From Elusimicrobiota bacterium (GTDB taxonomy: Bacteria; Elusimicrobiota; Elusimicrobia; Elusimicrobiales; UBA9959), in assembly GCA_027340875.1 (NCBI GenBank), contig DAIENX010000085.1:1-38815 (forward strand): a DNA stretch of 38,815 nt, given 5' to 3'. The notes under the pieces are model-generated. The model was not told the DNA's origin, did no database searches, and saw only the letters and a list, made by a program, of their open reading frames with translations. Position 1 is the stretch's first letter. Every line of letters begins with the position of its first letter. Shown in pieces: positions 34,511-38,815 of this stretch. The translations under genes and the position numbers were made by a program.

Positions 34511-35878
34511 ATGGGAAACATACTTATCGCCGAGGACGACGCGGACACGCGTTACGTACTGAAGGCCGCGCTGGAGAGCGGCAGGCATAACTGCGCCGCC
34601 GCGGCTTCCGGGACCGAGGCGCTGTCTCTCGCCGAAACGCTGACTTTCGACGCGGTGGTGCTGGACCTGGTGCTGGGGGATTCCGACGGCCTGGTCATCC
34701 TGGAGAAGCTGAAGAGCGACGATCCCGGCCTGCCGGTTGTGATCCTCACCGGCCACGCCGACGTGCAGAGCGCCGTGAAGGCGATGAAGCTCGGCGCCCT
34801 CGACTACCTGATAAAACCGTTCGGCAACGAGGAGCTGCTGCTGATAATGGAGAAGGCGGTGAAGGAACGTCGCCTGAAGCGCGAGTTCGACGCGCTGCGC
34901 AGCCACGTGAAAAGAGCGTACGGCTCCGAGCCCGTGACCGGCTCGAGCCGGGAGATCAAGAACACCGCGGCCCTGGCGCGCCAGGTCGCTTCCACCGATC
35001 TTACCGTAATACTTTCCGGCCCGTCCGGCTCGGGCAAGGAGGTCTGGGCGCGCGAGATACACAGGCTGAGCTCGCGCGGGGACAGCCCTTTCGTCGCGCT
35101 CGACTGCGGCGCTTTGCCGGAGAACCTGGTGGAAAGCGAGCTGTTCGGTTATGAGCGCGGCGCCTTTACCGGGGCCGACCGGCGCAAGCCCGGCCTTTTC
35201 GAGGCCGCCTTCGGCGGGACCCTTTTCCTCGACGAGATCGCCAACCTCTCCCCCGGTACGCAGGCGAAGCTGCTCCGCGTGCTGGAAGAAAGGCGTATAC
35301 GCCATCTGGGGGGCAAAAAGGATATTCCCGTGGATACGCGGGTGATAGCGGCAGCGAACCGGGACCTTCCCTCCTGCATCAGGGAAGGCTCTTTCAGGGA
35401 AGACCTGTACCACCGGCTCAACCAGTTCACTTTGCGCGTGCCTTCGCTCGCCGAGCGCAAGGAAGACATCCCTACCCTGGCGGCCTATTTTTTGAGGGAG
35501 GCGGAAAAACTGGTCAATAAAAAAATAGAATCCATTTCCGATTCCGCCATGGAGGCGCTTTCCGCCTATTCCTGGCCGGGGAATGTCCGCGAGCTTAAGA
35601 ACGTCATCATCCGCGCCGCGCTGCTCAGTGACGGCAGGATACTTCCGGAGCATCTGGGTATGGGCGGCGCCGCGTCTTCCGTTCCGGCCGGGGGGGCGGC
35701 CATGCCGGCCAATTTCGATCTTAAGGAAAATCTCCGCCTGGCCCGCGCTTCAACGGAGCGCCGTCTTATTGCGGCCGCCCTGGCCGAAACAGGCGGGAAT
35801 AAGCTGCAGGCTGCCAAGCTCCTTTCCATAGACCGCAAAGCCCTGTACACTAAGCTTAAAGAATACTCGATAGAGTAG
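34511..35878 (+). CDS. NtrC-family sigma54-dependent response regulator
   Basis: Receiver (EDD, VLD, IKP), GPSGSGKE, ESELFG, GAFTGA, LFLDEI, FREDLYHRL, WPGNVREL, Fis-type HTH. Confidence 0.96.
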   Translation: MGNILIAEDDADTRYVLKAALESGRHNCAAAASGTEALSLAETLTFDAVVLDLVLGDSDGLVILEKLKSDDPGLPVVILTGHADVQSAVKAMKLGALDYLIKPFGNEELLLIMEKAVKERRLKREFDALRSHVKRAYGSEPVTGSSREIKNTAALARQVASTDLTVILSGPSGSGKEVWAREIHRLSSRGDSPFVALDCGALPENLVESELFGYERGAFTGADRRKPGLFEAAFGGTLFLDEIANLSPGTQAKLLRVLEERRIRHLGGKKDIPVDTRVIAAANRDLPSCIREGSFREDLYHRLNQFTLRVPSLAERKEDIPTLAAYFLREAEKLVNKKIESISDSAMEALSAYSWPGNVRELKNVIIRAALLSDGRILPEHLGMGGAASSVPAGGAAMPANFDLKENLRLARASTERRLIAAALAETGGNKLQAAKLLSIDRKALYTKLKEYSIE

Positions 35879-35879
35879 T

Positions 35880-35941
35880 TGTAGATTTTTTTCCACAATT
35901 ATTATGTAGAATATATTCTACAGTGTGGAATATGTTCTACA
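35880..35941. promoter_or_regulatory. Three TGT-N12-ACA palindromic boxes; candidate enhancer (UAS) for the bEBP
   Basis: TGTAGATTTTTTTCCACA (35880-35897), TGTAGAATATATTCTACA (35905-35922, perfect palindrome), TGTGGAATATGTTCTACA (35924-35941). Confidence 0.75.
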
Positions 35942-36130
35942 CACGCGTTTAACAAGAATTTTACTTTTCGGACTTATTTCCCTTATTGTATATCTCCTAT
36001 AATTTAGGCATGCTAAAAGCGCAAACGGCTATGAAGAAGCCCTGCCGCGATACAGCATCTGGTCAAACTTTCAGTGAAAATAGCGGGAGCTATCCGGGAA
36101 CGGTTTCGGATTCTCGCTGCCGCATAGCAT

Positions 36131-36148
36131 TTGGCAAGATCGTTGCTA
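36131..36148 (+). promoter_or_regulatory. Sigma54 -24/-12 promoter
   Basis: TTGGCAAGATCGTTGCTA: GG (36133-36134), N10, GC (36145-36146), fitting TGGCA-N-TTGCW. Confidence 0.8.
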
Positions 36149-36211
36149 TACTTAACGTTAGGGGATATTGTCTATAGAATTTTCCTGTTTCGGTATTTTT
36201 CCGGAGGCATT

Positions 36212-38815
36212 ATGAAAACGCTGAAAGCGATGCTTGGGATACTTACGGGTCTGCTCCTGCTGCCGGTCCTGGCGGCTGCTGCCCCGTCCTACATCAACTA
36301 CCAGGGGAGGCTCGTGGACGCCAGCGGCAACCCGCTGAGCGGATCGTACTCGATCACGTTCAATATCTACGGCGTCTCCAGCGGCGGCAGCGCGGTCTGG
36401 ACCGAGGTCCAGCCCAGCGTTTCCGTCGATAACGGCATCTTCAGCGCCAAGCTCGGCTCCGTGACCGCCCTGCCTCCCTCGGTGTTCGCCTCCGACACCA
36501 GGTACCTCGGCGTGACCATAGGCTCCGACGCGGAAATGTCCCCGCGCGTCCAGCTGCTCTCCGTCCCGTACGCCATCTATGCCGCCAGCGCCGCCAGCGT
36601 CGGCTCGGCCGGCCAGACCGTGGACATCTCCACCGGCGTCAACGTGACCGGCAATATCAACGCCTCCGGCAACGTCATCGCGGCCAAGTTCGTAGGCGAC
36701 GGCTCCGCCCTGACCGGCGTCAGCGTAGGCGGCAGCTCCATAATTCTCCCCATCGTTTCCACCCATATCGCCTCCGGCGGCGTTCTCAACGTGAATCTCG
36801 GTACCGGCATCGACGCCGCCAAGATCGGCGGCGGCACGGTAAGCAATACCGTCTTCGCCTACCTGGCCAATGTTACCAGCGACGTGCAGACCCAGATCAG
36901 CGGGAAGCTCTCGCCCACCGGCGACGGCTCCAATCTCACCGGTATAATCCATTCGAGCGCTACCGGCACCTACCCGCTGTCCATAACCGGCAACGCCGCA
37001 AATATAACCGGTAATTTGGCGGCCGGCCAGGTTGCAGCCGGACTACTGGGCCCCAATGTCATCGCTTCTTCGGTCTCTCCTACTGCGTTATATACATTTT
37101 CCACCTGTGCCGCTGGTGACGTGCTTAAGGCTTCCGGGGGAGTGTGGGCCTGCGGCACCGATAATACCGGCGCCGGTGGTACAGTGACAGGCAGCGGCAC
37201 TACCGGCCAGATCGCTTACTGGACCGCCGGCTCGTCGCTCGGCACCACGGATTATATCGGCGCTCGGATAATGCTGGGCCTTGTGCCAGGCACCAGTGTG
37301 CAGGCTTATAGCGCCAATCTGGCGACTTACTCCGGCATAGCGCCTTCGGCCAACATGCAGTCTTTTCTCGGCTCAGCGGATTACGCTACGATGCGCACCA
37401 ATCTGAGCCTGGTCCCCGGTACCAATGTATTGGCGCCTAATGGCGACGGTTCCGGCCTGAACGGTGTGATCACTTCTACCGCCGCTATTGTCGCAACGCT
37501 GGCTACCAAGTACGACAACTCTAATTTTGTGGCTGGTACCAACTATCTGGCCCCTAACGGCAACGGTTCGGGTCTGACGTCGTTGACCGCGGGTAACATA
37601 GCGGCCGGCAACTTAGGCGCCAACGTGATAGCCTCGTCGGTGGCGGTGGGGTCGGTGTACGACAACGCGATAGCGGGCATGTCGTCGTCGAAGCTTACCG
37701 GCGCGCTGCCGGCTATAGACGGTTCCGCGCTGACGGGTGTGACCGCCACCAACGTGACGGCTGCCGGCGTGCAGGCCGGTTCGCTGGGTGCCAGCGTAAT
37801 AGCTTCCTCAATAGCGGTGAACGGGGTGTACACGAACGCGATACAGGCGCTGGCGGTGACCGACGCCAAGATCAACGACGTGGCGGGCGGCAAGATAACC
37901 GGTGCCGGGAGCATAGTGGCGGACCGGATAGCGGCGGGCAGTCTGGGCGCCAACGTGATAGCGTCTTCGGTGGCGGTGAACGGCATATACACTAACGCTG
38001 TGCAGGACGCGGCGATAACGAACGCCAAACTGGCGGCCACCGGTTTGGACCTTAGCAAGTTCAGCGTTGGTACGCTGGCCGCCAATCTGGTGGCATCGGG
38101 TTCGCTGGGCGCCAACGTGATAGCGTCGTCCGTGGCGCTGAACGCGGTGCAGGACGGTTCGATCGTGGGCGTGAGCGGCAGCAAGGTGTCCGGCAACATC
38201 AGCGGCAACGCGGCCAACATAACGGGCAACCTGGCGGCGTCGCAGGTGGCGTCTGGTTCGCTGGGCGCGAGCGTGATGGCGTCATCCGTGGCCCTGCCCG
38301 GCTTCTACAGCGCGCCTGAAGTTCGCACCGCGCTGGGCCTGGCGATCGGCACGAACGTTCTGGCCCCCAACGGCAACGGTTCGGGTCTGACGTCGCTGAC
38401 CGCGGGTAACATATCGGCCGGCAATTTGGGCGCCAGCGTAATAGCCTCCTCAATAGCGGTGGACGGGGTGTACGCGAACGCGATACAGGCGCTGGCGGTG
38501 ACCGACGCCAAGATCAACGACGTGGCGGGCGGCAAGATAACCGGCGCCGGGAGCATAGTGGCGGACCGGATAGCGGCGGGCAGCCTGGGCGCCAGCGTGA
38601 TAGCGTCTTCGGTGGCGGTGGGGTCGGTATACGACAACGCGATAGCGGGCATGTCGTCTTCGAAGCTTACCGGCGCGCTGCCGGCTATAGACGGCTCCGC
38701 GCTGACGGGTGTGGTAGCCACCAACGTGACGGCAGCCGGCGTGCAGGCCGGTTCGCTGGGCGCCAGCGTAATAGCTTCCTCAATAGCGCTGAACGCAGTG
38801 CAGGACGGTTCGATC
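36212..38815 (+). CDS. Large secreted phage-tail-fibre-like repeat protein (putative adhesin), at least 868 aa, 3' truncated by window
   Basis: RBS GGAGG, ATG 36212; same frame at every point checked up to the window end (absent from ORF track). Signal peptide; INYQGRLVD...SPRVQLLSVPYA N-domain; CAAGDVLKASGGVWACGTD; LGLVPGTSVQAY; repeated GSLGAxVIASS. Confidence 0.88.
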   Translation, partial: MKTLKAMLGILTGLLLLPVLAAAAPSYINYQGRLVDASGNPLSGSYSITFNIYGVSSGGSAVWTEVQPSVSVDNGIFSAKLGSVTALPPSVFASDTRYLGVTIGSDAEMSPRVQLLSVPYAIYAASAASVGSAGQTVDISTGVNVTGNINASGNVIAAKFVGDGSALTGVSVGGSSIILPIVSTHIASGGVLNVNLGTGIDAAKIGGGTVSNTVFAYLANVTSDVQTQISGKLSPTGDGSNLTGIIHSSATGTYPLSITGNAANITGNLAAGQVAAGLLGPNVIASSVSPTALYTFSTCAAGDVLKASGGVWACGTDNTGAGGTVTGSGTTGQIAYWTAGSSLGTTDYIGARIMLGLVPGTSVQAYSANLATYSGIAPSANMQSFLGSADYATMRTNLSLVPGTNVLAPNGDGSGLNGVITSTAAIVATLATKYDNSNFVAGTNYLAPNGNGSGLTSLTAGNIAAGNLGANVIASSVAVGSVYDNAIAGMSSSKLTGALPAIDGSALTGVTATNVTAAGVQAGSLGASVIASSIAVNGVYTNAIQALAVTDAKINDVAGGKITGAGSIVADRIAAGSLGANVIASSVAVNGIYTNAVQDAAITNAKLAATGLDLSKFSVGTLAANLVASGSLGANVIASSVALNAVQDGSIVGVSGSKVSGNISGNAANITGNLAASQVASGSLGASVMASSVALPGFYSAPEVRTALGLAIGTNVLAPNGNGSGLTSLTAGNISAGNLGASVIASSIAVDGVYANAIQALAVTDAKINDVAGGKITGAGSIVADRIAAGSLGASVIASSVAVGSVYDNAIAGMSSSKLTGALPAIDGSALTGVVATNVTAAGVQAGSLGASVIASSIALNAVQDGSI
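37547..38815 (+). repeat. Near-identical intragenic modules joined at a GSLGA(N/S)VIASS node
   Basis: Approximate pairs: 37547-37620/38359-38432, 37641-37816/38612-38787, 37790-37978/38430-38620. Confidence 0.9.

Noticed and set aside
36005..36021. Second GG-N10-GC site (TAGGCATGCTAAAAGC)
   Set aside because: Spacing fits but it lacks TGGC and TTGC; the 36131 site is a much better match.
36158..38724. Minus-strand ORFs in the last 2.6 kb
   Set aside because: They are antisense shadows of the + strand fibre gene, which the track missed because it has no stop in the window.
37547..38815. Repeats as a CRISPR array or DGR template
   Set aside because: The repeats are in-frame coding modules with repeated rather than unique spacers; no cas or reverse transcriptase genes; differences are not adenine-specific.

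Overview
GC-rich bacterial chromosomal window with no phage, CRISPR or transposase. Gene content and style suggest Elusimicrobiota, but that is inference only. In order: (1) the 3' end of a sugar-phosphate-utilisation-type bacterial microcompartment (BMC) locus: aldehyde dehydrogenase fragment, BMC-T, atypical RpiB, two BMC-P, DeoC with an encapsulation-peptide-like N-terminus, BMC-H and a small accessory ORF; (2) a TPR protein and a GH84 hydrolase; (3) kbl with a tdh-like gene that has lost its catalytic Zn ligands; (4) two related MITE-like elements; (5) DUF4912 and a GH57 branching enzyme; (6) housekeeping genes (phosphohexomutase, eno, ftsB, MBL hydrolase, lgt, RluA-family, tRNA-Leu, psd, pssA, tmk, holB, two different MetRS types, nrdJ); (7) a self-contained module: strongly diverged sigma54-like gene, PAS kinase, NtrC-type activator, three TGT-N12-ACA boxes, a canonical -24/-12 promoter and a long, module-shuffled fibre-like secreted protein that runs off the window. 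Also notable: two diverged copies of a ~115-135 nt structured element with compensatory changes (upstream of BMC-H and of tmk), and several enzymes with altered active-site motifs. All family calls are by motif recognition; no searches were run.
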